Shown here: piece after piece, positions 1 to 8,604 of the stretch | How positions within the stretch are numbered: the stretch's first letter is position 1 | How the letters are laid out: each line of letters starts with the position of its first letter | Assembly: GCA_965140705.1 (NCBI GenBank) | Contig: OZ223302.1 | Location: forward strand, 384,001 to 448,000 | DNA: 64,000 bases | From: an uncultured Arcobacter sp. | Lineage (GTDB): Bacteria > Campylobacterota > Campylobacteria > Campylobacterales > Arcobacteraceae | Reading direction: 5' to 3' | Position numbers and translations under genes: made by a program | The notes under the pieces: generated by a model | Databases searched by the model: none | What the model was told of the DNA's origin: nothing | What the model saw: only the letters and a program-made list of their open reading frames with translations

Positions 1-1504
1 AACAATCAGGAATTGAACAACTTCCTAATCTACTTGCTCCATGTGTTCCCCCTGTAATTTCACCTGCTGCGAATAAACCAGGAATTGGTTTTTTAGTTGC
101 AGAAGAGATAACTTGTGCTTTGGTATCAATTTTTAATCCACCCATTGTATGGTGAAGTTTTGGTACACCTTTAGTTCCATAGAATGGAGCTGTAATAATT
201 TGTACATTTTCTGTTTTTTCAACTGGTTTACCAAGATCTGTATCTTTGCCATTTTTTACAAAATCATTATATTGTTTAATTGTTTTTTTCAATTCACCAA
301 CTGGAAGTTTGTATTCAGCTGCTAAAGCATCAATAGTATCGAATTTTTTAACAACTCCAGATTTTAAAGCTTTTTCTGCAATTTCTGGAATAATTTTATC
401 AACCGCAGTTTGATCACATATATTAATTGGATAAGAATTTGTTTCTTTTATTACTTTAAACATTGCTTGTGCTCTTGTTCTTCTATCTGCAAGTTCATTC
501 ATAAATCTTGCTGCTGTTTTAGGATTGACGGAAATTCCATATCTAAATGTTGCGTTAATATTAAAGTTTGAAGCTGCACCAAATCCTTTTTCATCTGGAC
601 AAGCCCAAGGACCAAATTGAATCCAACTCAATTGAACAGGAACTGCTCCAAGTTCAAAGGCTTTTAATAAAACTCCAGCAGTTGCACCTGGTTGATTTGT
701 TGAGTCTGTATCCGCAGGAATTCTTGGATCTTGTTGTTCTCTTAAGAATTTATCTCTACTAAATCCTCCAGCTGCTAAAACAACACCTTTTTTAGCTTTA
801 TAATATTTTACTTTACCACCTTTATTTTCAGAATCATCATCTTCTAATTTTTTATCAAATCTATATTTTTCTCTAACTTTAACCCCAACTACTCTTCCAT
901 TATCATCTAATACAAACTCATCAAATCTTGTTCTTTTTTTGATTGTACCATTTGGTAGTTTTTGGAAATATTTAAGCATTGGTAAAACAATTCCTGAACC
1001 ACTACCATTTGCAGAAAGATAAGTTCTAGGAACAGAGTGTCCTCCTAAGTGAGAAAGTTTTTCATAAAATTTTGCACCACATTTTTGTACTAATTTAAGT
1101 GCATCATTCCCTCTCTCTCCAATTACTTTAAGTAACTCAGGATGATTAATATATCTACCTGCTTTCATACTATCTTCCATATAAAGATCAATAGAATCTT
1201 TAATTCCTTCTTTTTTCTGTTTTGGATTATTTACAACAGCTAAAAGACCTCCATTAATAACAGAGTTTCCTCCAAGTCTTCCCATTTTTTCAACAATAAC
1301 AACTTTTAAACCTTTTTCAGCAGCTGTAATGGCAGCTGATAATGCAGCATAACCAGAACCAATTACAACAACATCATACTCTTCATCATATTTAACACCT
1401 TTTGAATCAATAGCAGCTGCATTTGTAACTGTAGTTCCTAAAGCTAATGCACCTGCACTAACAGCACCCATTTTAAAAAAATTACGTCTTGATAAATTAC
1501 CCAT
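1..1504 (-). CDS. Tat-exported flavocytochrome c flavoprotein subunit (FccA/Frd-like), 3' end outside window; missing from ORF track
   Basis: Manual translation from ATG at 1504 (RBS AAGGAGG): MGNLSRRNFFKMG Tat motif, DVVVIGSGYAALSAA FAD-binding fold, KLHHTMGG and GEITGGTHGASRLG motifs. Confidence 0.9.
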   Translation of the reverse strand, partial: MGNLSRRNFFKMGAVSAGALALGTTVTNAAAIDSKGVKYDEEYDVVVIGSGYAALSAAITAAEKGLKVVIVEKMGRLGGNSVINGGLLAVVNNPKQKKEGIKDSIDLYMEDSMKAGRYINHPELLKVIGERGNDALKLVQKCGAKFYEKLSHLGGHSVPRTYLSANGSGSGIVLPMLKYFQKLPNGTIKKRTRFDEFVLDDNGRVVGVKVREKYRFDKKLEDDDSENKGGKVKYYKAKKGVVLAAGGFSRDKFLREQQDPRIPADTDSTNQPGATAGVLLKAFELGAVPVQLSWIQFGPWACPDEKGFGAASNFNINATFRYGISVNPKTAARFMNELADRRTRAQAMFKVIKETNSYPINICDQTAVDKIIPEIAEKALKSGVVKKFDTIDALAAEYKLPVGELKKTIKQYNDFVKNGKDTDLGKPVEKTENVQIITAPFYGTKGVPKLHHTMGGLKIDTKAQVISSATKKPIPGLFAAGEITGGTHGASRLGSCSIPDC

Positions 1505-1560
1505 AATAAACCTCCTTAAATTATATTTATAAAAGAATATTAATATAAATAAGTAATCAA

Positions 1561-1592
1561 AAAATAACCTTTTTATTTAAAAAGGTTATTTT
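1561..1592. terminator. 15-bp perfect inverted repeat between the response regulator and the flavocytochrome; terminator and/or operator
   Basis: AAAATAACCTTTTTA-TT-TAAAAAGGTTATTTT; followed by a T-run on the minus strand. Confidence 0.45.
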
Positions 1593-1627
1593 ATACAAAA
1601 AAAAGAATTATTATTTAGTTTAAGTAG

Positions 1628-2329
1628 TTATTGGTGAGTGCTGTTGATTCGATATCCACAGCCAGATATATTTTCAATTATGTCATTATACGTTTTTTGA
1701 CGTATCTTTTTTATTCTCATTCTAAGTGCTTCAATACTCATACTCTTTTCTTGCCAAGCATAACTCTCTATAGTAGAATATTCAACTATTTTATCCATAT
1801 TTGAAATTAATAAATGAAGAATTTCCATCTCCAGTTTTGTTAATTTTATAATCTCTGCATTTGCATTTGTCAATTGCTTTGAATTTTTATCATAAATAAA
1901 ACCAAATTTTAAATTAACTCGAAAATTGTATATATCTTTAGTTGCCATAAGTAAGGAGGTTTGTAAATCTTCAATCACAATTGGTTTTCTCAAATAGTTA
2001 TAAGCACCCTCATTAATACTTTCTGAGATATTTGAAGGGGTATCATAAGAAGTGATTATTATAACTGGTAAGTGAGGAGAGATTTCATGCATAGCATGAA
2101 CCATATCTAAACCATTCATTTCTGGCAAATTTATATCAGATATGACAATATCAGGTTTATATTGTTCAAACATTTCAAAACCTTCTATGCCATCTTTTGC
2201 AACATCCACACGTTTACAATGCATGCCTAAAGTTTGCCTTAATGCAAAAGCTGTTGTTTCATCATCTTCCACAATTAATACATGTATTTGAGAAAGTTTT
2301 TTTAATATCTTTAAATCAATCATTATCAT
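1628..2329 (-). CDS. OmpR-family response regulator
   Basis: Receiver domain (VEDD, SDINLP, YLRKP) plus winged-helix C-terminus (LTKLE, IENISGCGY). Confidence 0.9.
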   Translation of the reverse strand: MIMIDLKILKKLSQIHVLIVEDDETTAFALRQTLGMHCKRVDVAKDGIEGFEMFEQYKPDIVISDINLPEMNGLDMVHAMHEISPHLPVIIITSYDTPSNISESINEGAYNYLRKPIVIEDLQTSLLMATKDIYNFRVNLKFGFIYDKNSKQLTNANAEIIKLTKLEMEILHLLISNMDKIVEYSTIESYAWQEKSMSIEALRMRIKKIRQKTYNDIIENISGCGYRINSTHQ

Positions 2330-4310
2330 CCTTTATTTTTTTAGGGAAAATAAATAAAAAAGTTGTTGGGTTTGTATAAGTTAAAATAGTCAAATCTCCC
2401 AAAAGTTTATTTCTTGCAATTAATCTTGATATATAAAGACCATTTCCTGTTCCCTTTTCTCCTTTTGTAGTTTTAAAAGCTTCAAAAAGAGTTTTTCTAA
2501 TAGTTGGTTGAATTCCTAAACCATTATCTTCAATTTTTAAATGATATTGATTTTGAATCTCTTCTATTATAATTTTTATAAATTTATTTTTATTATTTTT
2601 ATCATCAAGTAAAGAATCTCTTGAATTCAAAACTAAAGCAGTTATAATTTGTTGTAATTCATTTTTATAACTATAACAATTATATTTTCTCTCTTCATGA
2701 ATTACATTAATACTAATACCTGAATTTTTAAAATGTGGTTCTAGTATTACTTTTGTCTCTTCTATAGCTTCTATTATGTCAAAGCATTCTATTTTTTTAC
2801 TTGGCAAATAAAAATTTTTGAAAGTATCAATGGTATCTGAAAGATAATGGGCACTAGAAAGAACACGATTTAGATTATCTTTAAAAACCTCATCACTTAA
2901 ACATCCCATTTCTTTAAACTGTAGAATATTACCTATAAGCAAAGATATTGAATTTAAAGGTTGCCTCCATTGATGCGAAATTGCCCCAATCATCTCACCT
3001 AAATCTGCCATTTTAGATTGTTGAAATAAAATATCTTCTTGCTCTTTTTTTAACTTTTTAGATATCTCTTTTTTAGTAACATCTTCCACAAAAAAGATAA
3101 CTCCTTTATACTCTTTTTTTGCATCTAAGACAGGAATAGAAGTAAAAAATAAAAATACTTTTTCTTTTTTCTCAAAAAAACAAAAAGTATTAGTATATGT
3201 TTTATGTTTTTCTTTTGTTGCTTTTAATTGTTTACTAATACAATCTGTTATCCATAAAGGAAGCCTTTTAAAAAGTTCTGTACATTCAAACAGATTTTTA
3301 TCAGAAAGTCTATTCTCTGAAAGATATAGTAATTTAGAAAATTCATTATTATAATAAGTGACTTTTTCTTTGTCATCAGCAATTAAACATCCTCTTATAT
3401 CTGATAAAAGGAAGTGTTTCATTAAATTCTTTGATATTTCTAATTTTTCATCACTTTGTTTTTGAGTTCTATTATAAAATAGATTCAACCATAAAAATAT
3501 AATTAAACTTATTAGATATATAGTAAGGTTTATTTTCAATTGTAAATCTACTTTTTCATAAACCTTTTCTTTATTTAATTGTGAGATAAGATACCAATTC
3601 CCATATTTTATAAAACCTTGGGAAAAAATACTATCTTTTGTGATAGTAAGAGTTCCTTCTTTATCAATTTTTTGATTAAATTTTTTAAACAGTTTTTCTT
3701 TTTCTTTATGAACTAAGATTCTTTTATTCTCATCAAGTAAAAAAACATTTCCATCATAAGGTAAAGCTATTTTTAGAATTTCATTTTCTATATATTTTAA
3801 AGGAAGAATACCACAAACCACACCACTTTGACCCCTTTTATCTTTTGTGGGACTACAAACAGCAACAACTAATTTGTCTATAATTGCTGATACATAAGGA
3901 TTAGTTATTGTAATATCTTCATTTCTAATGGTTTCTCTATACCATGGCATAGATATAGTACTATAAGTTAAAGGTTTTAAAATAGTTCTACTTGAAATAA
4001 TTGTATTATCCCCATAACCAACAAACATATAAGGAAAATCAGCAACAGAAGAACTATGTTCAAGTAAGTCTTCAATAGCATATTTATTTTGAATATGATC
4101 CATATTAGAAATTAATTTTTCCAAATTTTTTACAACATTAATTTTCTCTTCTGTCCACTTTATAATCTGTTTTGAAGCATTTTCAATAGCATTTACTTGT
4201 AAATCATTTATTGCACTTCTTAAAATATAAAGATTTATAAAATAATTTGCAAGTACCAAAATAAAAAAAAGCATGCTGACAAATAAAATAAATCCTGTAC
4301 GTTTAGACAA
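2316..4310 (-). CDS. Membrane sensor histidine kinase (dCache, PAS-like, HisKA, HATPase)
   Basis: Two TM segments flanking a Cache domain (PWY, ITNPY); H-box ISHQWRQPL; DNGLGI, GTGNGL; TTG start. Confidence 0.9.
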   Translation of the reverse strand: MSKRTGFILFVSMLFFILVLANYFINLYILRSAINDLQVNAIENASKQIIKWTEEKINVVKNLEKLISNMDHIQNKYAIEDLLEHSSSVADFPYMFVGYGDNTIISSRTILKPLTYSTISMPWYRETIRNEDITITNPYVSAIIDKLVVAVCSPTKDKRGQSGVVCGILPLKYIENEILKIALPYDGNVFLLDENKRILVHKEKEKLFKKFNQKIDKEGTLTITKDSIFSQGFIKYGNWYLISQLNKEKVYEKVDLQLKINLTIYLISLIIFLWLNLFYNRTQKQSDEKLEISKNLMKHFLLSDIRGCLIADDKEKVTYYNNEFSKLLYLSENRLSDKNLFECTELFKRLPLWITDCISKQLKATKEKHKTYTNTFCFFEKKEKVFLFFTSIPVLDAKKEYKGVIFFVEDVTKKEISKKLKKEQEDILFQQSKMADLGEMIGAISHQWRQPLNSISLLIGNILQFKEMGCLSDEVFKDNLNRVLSSAHYLSDTIDTFKNFYLPSKKIECFDIIEAIEETKVILEPHFKNSGISINVIHEERKYNCYSYKNELQQIITALVLNSRDSLLDDKNNKNKFIKIIIEEIQNQYHLKIEDNGLGIQPTIRKTLFEAFKTTKGEKGTGNGLYISRLIARNKLLGDLTILTYTNPTTFLFIFPKKIKDDND

Positions 4311-4378
4311 AAAAAACCTTTAATTATGAACATATGCACATTATAACTTTTAACTTATTTTAATTTTCTAAAATAAAA

Positions 4379-4421
4379 ATTATTTCTCAGTTATTTTTTA
4401 GTTATTTTTAAATAATACAAT
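4379..4421 (+). promoter_or_regulatory. 11-bp-period direct repeats followed by a -10 box (possible OmpR-type activated promoter)
   Basis: ATTATT-N5-GTTATT-N5-GTTATT-N9-TACAAT upstream of 4497; the AT-rich context lowers confidence. Confidence 0.35.
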
Positions 4422-4496
4422 AATAAAAATTAAACTTGTAATATTTATTAGTAAAATAATTATATAATGTATGAGTAAAAAGGATAAATTATAGTT

Positions 4497-5264
4497 ATGT
4501 TTAAAAGAAGTAATTTCTTATATTTTTTTATCATATTTCTAATAAGTATAATATTTTTTGCTCAATATTTTTATAAAAAACAAAAAGAAGAACAATACTT
4601 AATTCAAGTAAATCAAAGTAAATCAAAACAGATAAATAATTGGATTTTAGAAAAAAAACATTTTATGGAAAAATTATCAAAAAATATTGAAAATAAAAAC
4701 TATAATAAAGAAGTTTTTCTAAAAATAATGAAAGAAACAAATGAAAAAATGAAAACCCACAGTGTTTTTTTGGGATTAGAAGATGGAAACTATTTAGATA
4801 CTCAAGGATATTGGATAGATGGCTTTGATCCAAGAGTAAGACCATGGTATATAGAGACTATTAAACAAGAAAAAACTACTATTACTGGACCTATGTATTA
4901 TAATGATATAAGTGGACAAGAAATTAACTGGTGGGCAATATCTTCTTTGATTAAAAAAGAAGGTAAAAATTATGGAGTAATTAGTAGTGAAATAAATCCT
5001 GAAATGCTTATCAAACTTTTAAGTGATGTTAAAAATAACAAAATAGAAGATTTATTTTTATTTGATAAAAATAGTGGAATTATAATTGCTTCTATAAAAA
5101 GAGAAAATGAATTGAAATTAGTACAAAATATTTTTTCTAAAAAGTTTTTTGAAAACCTACCTAAAACAAAAGAAACAAGTCTTATAAAAGTAGATGAAAA
5201 TAGAAAAGCAATAGTAACAAATCTTAAAGAAGCCCCATGGATTTTATGCATGATTGTAAAATAA
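4497..5264 (+). CDS. Stand-alone membrane-anchored dCache sensor-domain protein
   Basis: N-terminal TM, Cache motif FDPRVRPWY and ITGPMY; no cytoplasmic output domain. Confidence 0.8.
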   Translation: MFKRSNFLYFFIIFLISIIFFAQYFYKKQKEEQYLIQVNQSKSKQINNWILEKKHFMEKLSKNIENKNYNKEVFLKIMKETNEKMKTHSVFLGLEDGNYLDTQGYWIDGFDPRVRPWYIETIKQEKTTITGPMYYNDISGQEINWWAISSLIKKEGKNYGVISSEINPEMLIKLLSDVKNNKIEDLFLFDKNSGIIIASIKRENELKLVQNIFSKKFFENLPKTKETSLIKVDENRKAIVTNLKEAPWILCMIVK

Positions 5265-5294
5265 ACAAAGTAAGTTTTAGATAAACTTAACTCT

Positions 5295-6305
5295 ATGAAA
5301 AAACAAAGATTTAGTGAATATTTTAACAATTGGCTTTATGGTGAAGAGGGATATTATACAAAATATAATGCAATAGGAAAAGATGGAGACTTCTTTACAG
5401 CAGTTTCTACTTCAATATTTTTTGGAGGAAGTATTGCAAAAAAAATAGTTGATACAATCTTAGATAATAAACTTCCAGTAAATACTACTATTGTAGAAAT
5501 TGGTGCCCATCATGGCTACTTATTAGCAGATATTATCCAATTTATTTATACCTTAAATCCTAAGCTTCTTGAAAGCCTAAACTTTGCTATTGTAGAGAGA
5601 TTTGAAAACTTAAAGAATGAACAAAAAGAGTATTTGAAAAACTCCTTTGGAGATAGCATTAAAGTCAAATTTTACGATGACATAAGTGAAGTAAAACTTG
5701 ACAATGCTTTTATTGTAGCAAATGAGATTTATGATGCTTTTGCTTGTGAATTAATCTATACAAAAGATGATAACTTACAAACTGCCTTTATGAAAAATGG
5801 AAAAATAGAGTTTGAAGATTGTTTAGATGAAGATATTAAAACTAAATGTAAAAAATACAAAATTACAAAAGGTGAATTAGCTTTAGGGTATGAAGAATTT
5901 GCAAAAAATATTTGTGAAAATATTAAAAACTTCTACTTTCTTAGCTTTGATTATGGGGAAAAATATCCAAGAAATGACTTTTCTTGTAGGGTTTATTCAC
6001 AACATCAAGTTTTTCCAATCTTTGAAGAAAAACTTGATTTAACTAAACTATATAAAAATTCAGATATCACTTATGATGTAAACTTTTCCCATGTAATTGA
6101 TAGTTTTAATAGTTTTTGTAACTGTGAAGTTGAATATCAAACTCAACTAAAAGCCCTTGTAAAATTTGGCATTTTGGACTTACTTGAAATTTTACAAAAA
6201 AATGTAAGTGAAGAAAACTACTTAAAAGAAGTTCAAAAAGTAAAAACCCTACTTGAACCAACAGGGATGGGAGATAGGTTTAAAATGCTACTAATTAAAA
6301 AGTAG
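5295..6305 (+). CDS. SAM-dependent methyltransferase, MidA/NDUFAF7 family
   Basis: GYY...GDFFTA, VEIGAHHG, ANEIYDAF, SDITYDVNF, MGDRFK motifs. Confidence 0.85.
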   Translation: MKKQRFSEYFNNWLYGEEGYYTKYNAIGKDGDFFTAVSTSIFFGGSIAKKIVDTILDNKLPVNTTIVEIGAHHGYLLADIIQFIYTLNPKLLESLNFAIVERFENLKNEQKEYLKNSFGDSIKVKFYDDISEVKLDNAFIVANEIYDAFACELIYTKDDNLQTAFMKNGKIEFEDCLDEDIKTKCKKYKITKGELALGYEEFAKNICENIKNFYFLSFDYGEKYPRNDFSCRVYSQHQVFPIFEEKLDLTKLYKNSDITYDVNFSHVIDSFNSFCNCEVEYQTQLKALVKFGILDLLEILQKNVSEENYLKEVQKVKTLLEPTGMGDRFKMLLIKK

Positions 6306-6316
6306 CATTTTGTTTT

Positions 6317-6694
6317 TTATAAATTGTCTTTTTCTACTTCTTTATACTCTTCATCTGTAAATATTCTAGATTTTGTTATAAATTGATAACCCAAATCTAT
6401 CTCCAATGAAAAAGAATTACCAAAGGCAGCCTTTTCTTCTTTTACATCAATAGTTATTTCAGAATGTCTAAAGTACTCAAATTGCTCTTTATCTATAAAA
6501 AACTCACATCCACAGATTTCTCCCATCTTCACATTTCGAGAAGGGACATAAAAATCACTTTTTGCATAACACATAGGTGCTGTACCATCACAACAGCCAC
6601 CACTTTGGTTAAAAACCAATTCACCATTTTCTTTTTTTAATTGTTCTATTACTTCTGCAGCTTCTTTAGTAACTAATACTCTTTTTATTGCCAT
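6317..6694 (-). CDS. DUF779 family protein (aldehyde dehydrogenase-associated)
   Basis: QSGGCCDGTAPMC motif and SFSLE; typical position downstream of the ALDH. Confidence 0.9.
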   Translation of the reverse strand: MAIKRVLVTKEAAEVIEQLKKENGELVFNQSGGCCDGTAPMCYAKSDFYVPSRNVKMGEICGCEFFIDKEQFEYFRHSEITIDVKEEKAAFGNSFSLEIDLGYQFITKSRIFTDEEYKEVEKDNL

Positions 6695-6821
6695 TTTATA
6701 TCCTTAAAATATCCCATTTTAAGGGATCTGTTCATATTAGATTTCTTTTATCACAATTTATAAAAAATTGTTAAAGAAACAAACCCTAAAGAGAATAAAC
6801 GACTTATTCTTTTTATGCAAC

Positions 6822-6858
6822 AAAAAAAAATGCATAGAAGAGTTCTTCTATGCATTTT
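6822..6858 (-). terminator. Rho-independent terminator after the aldehyde dehydrogenase
   Basis: AAAATGCATAGAAGA-GT-TCTTCTATGCATTTT stem with a T-tract on the minus strand. Confidence 0.8.
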
Positions 6859-6884
6859 AAACTTATTTACTTTAAAGTAAAGGC

Positions 6885-8381
6885 CTAGAAAAATCCTAAA
6901 GCATTTTTGCTATAAGAAGTTAAGATATTTTTAGTATGTCTATAAGAGTTTAACATCATCATATGTGTTTCTCTTCCAATTCCTGATTTTTTATATCCAC
7001 CAAATGATGCATGAGATGGATATAAATGATAACAATTTACCCAAACTCTACCAGCTTCAATTCCTCTTGAGAATTTATGTAATTGGTGAGCATCTCTTGA
7101 CCAAACACCAGAACCTAATCCATAAATAGTATCATTTGCAATAGCTAAGGCTTCATCTTCATCTTTAAAAGTAGTAACAGCTAAAACTGGTCCAAAAATC
7201 TCTTCTTGGAAGATTCTCATTTTGTTGTGACCTTTAAATAGTGTTGGTTGAATGTAGTTTCCATTTGGATATTTTTCACTTTTATATTCATCCCCACCAA
7301 TTAACAGTTCAGCACCCTCTTCTTTACCAATTTTGATGTATCCCATAATTTTTTCTTTTTGAGTAGTTGAACATTGAGCACCCATCATACAAGTTGGATC
7401 TAAAGGATCTCCTAATTTGATAGCTTTTACTCTCTCTAATACTCTTTCCATAAATTTATCATAAATTGATTCTTGAATTAATGCTCTTGATGGACAAGTA
7501 CAAACTTCTCCTGAGTTAAATGCAAATAATACAAGTCCTTCAATAGCTTTATCTAAGAATTCATCATCAGCATCCATAATAGATTCTAAGAAGATATTTG
7601 GTGATTTTCCACCAAGTTCTAAAGTAGATGGAATAATATTTTCAGTTGCATATTGCATAATTAATTGACCAGTTGTAGTTTCACCTGTAAATCCAACTTT
7701 TTTGATATCTGGGTGAGTTGATAAATATTTACCAATTTTTCCACCTGCACCATTAATAATATTAATTGCACCTGCTGGTAATACTGATTGAATTGTTTCC
7801 ATTAAAATTAAAATTGACATTGGAGTAGCACTTGCTGGTTTCATTACAATACAATTTCCAGCAGCTAAAGCAGGAGCTAATTTCCAAGCAGCCATTAATA
7901 ATGGAAAATTCCAAGGAATAATTTGAGCAACAACACCATATGGCTCATAAACTTCTTGAGAGATAGTATTTTCATCTAAATCTGCAACTGTTCCAGACTC
8001 TGCTCTAATAACTGAAGCAAAATATCTAAAATGATCAATAACTAAAGGAACGTCAGCTGCTAAAGTTTCTCTTACAGCTTTACCATTATCTAAAGTTTCA
8101 GCAATAGCTAAAGCTTCTGAATTTGCTTCAATAGCATCAGCAATTTTGTTTAAAAGAGTACTTCTTTCAACTACTGAGGTATGTTTATAAGATTCAAATG
8201 CTTTGTTTGCAGCTTTAATTGCTAATTCAACATCTTCCTCGTTTGATCTTGGGATTTTTGTTAAAACTTCACCATCAACTGGAGAAATATTATCAAAATA
8301 TTCACCACTTTTTGGTGCTACCCACTCTCCACCTATAAAATTTTCATATTGAGATTTGTACGTTGGTTTTGCGTATGCCAT
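6885..8381 (-). CDS. exaC: NAD-dependent acetaldehyde dehydrogenase (ExaC/AldB/PedI family)
   Basis: IIPWNFP, FTGETTTG, LELGGKSP, GEVCTCPSR, EEIFGPV; true start likely the ATG at 8381 (MAYAKP, RBS AAGGA) rather than 8429. Confidence 0.93.
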   Translation of the reverse strand: MAYAKPTYKSQYENFIGGEWVAPKSGEYFDNISPVDGEVLTKIPRSNEEDVELAIKAANKAFESYKHTSVVERSTLLNKIADAIEANSEALAIAETLDNGKAVRETLAADVPLVIDHFRYFASVIRAESGTVADLDENTISQEVYEPYGVVAQIIPWNFPLLMAAWKLAPALAAGNCIVMKPASATPMSILILMETIQSVLPAGAINIINGAGGKIGKYLSTHPDIKKVGFTGETTTGQLIMQYATENIIPSTLELGGKSPNIFLESIMDADDEFLDKAIEGLVLFAFNSGEVCTCPSRALIQESIYDKFMERVLERVKAIKLGDPLDPTCMMGAQCSTTQKEKIMGYIKIGKEEGAELLIGGDEYKSEKYPNGNYIQPTLFKGHNKMRIFQEEIFGPVLAVTTFKDEDEALAIANDTIYGLGSGVWSRDAHQLHKFSRGIEAGRVWVNCYHLYPSHASFGGYKKSGIGRETHMMMLNSYRHTKNILTSYSKNALGFF

Positions 8382-8446
8382 TTTTTTTCCTTTTATATGT
8401 GTTAAAATCTGAAAAAGTTTGATTATCAAATTTTTTCTGTAATGTA

Positions 8447-8501
8447 ATTCTACTCCACAATTATAGCCTGAATATAGCCATCAATATAGCTTGAGTATAG
8501 C
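8447..8501 (-). promoter_or_regulatory. Four GCTATA direct repeats plus -10 box upstream of the ALDH
   Basis: Plus-strand TATAGC at 8462, 8473, 8485, 8496; 9 nt downstream on the minus strand is TAGAAT (8452-8447). Confidence 0.8.
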
Positions 8502-8604
8502 GACAAGTTTTAATTGTTACAAGTCCTATTATATGGGCTTGATAGCTTTTTAAATTTTATTTTATTTTTATGAAAAAAGTATTTTTTTATGTTACAATAT
8601 TTTT

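Noticed and set aside
568..762. Short plus-strand ORF, and the many similar 60-143 aa ORFs overlapping long genes (e.g. 2197, 4970, 8658, 13849, 16299, 30484, 39081, 48334, 50106)
   Set aside because: Antisense or off-frame shadows of well-supported genes, with no recognisable motifs
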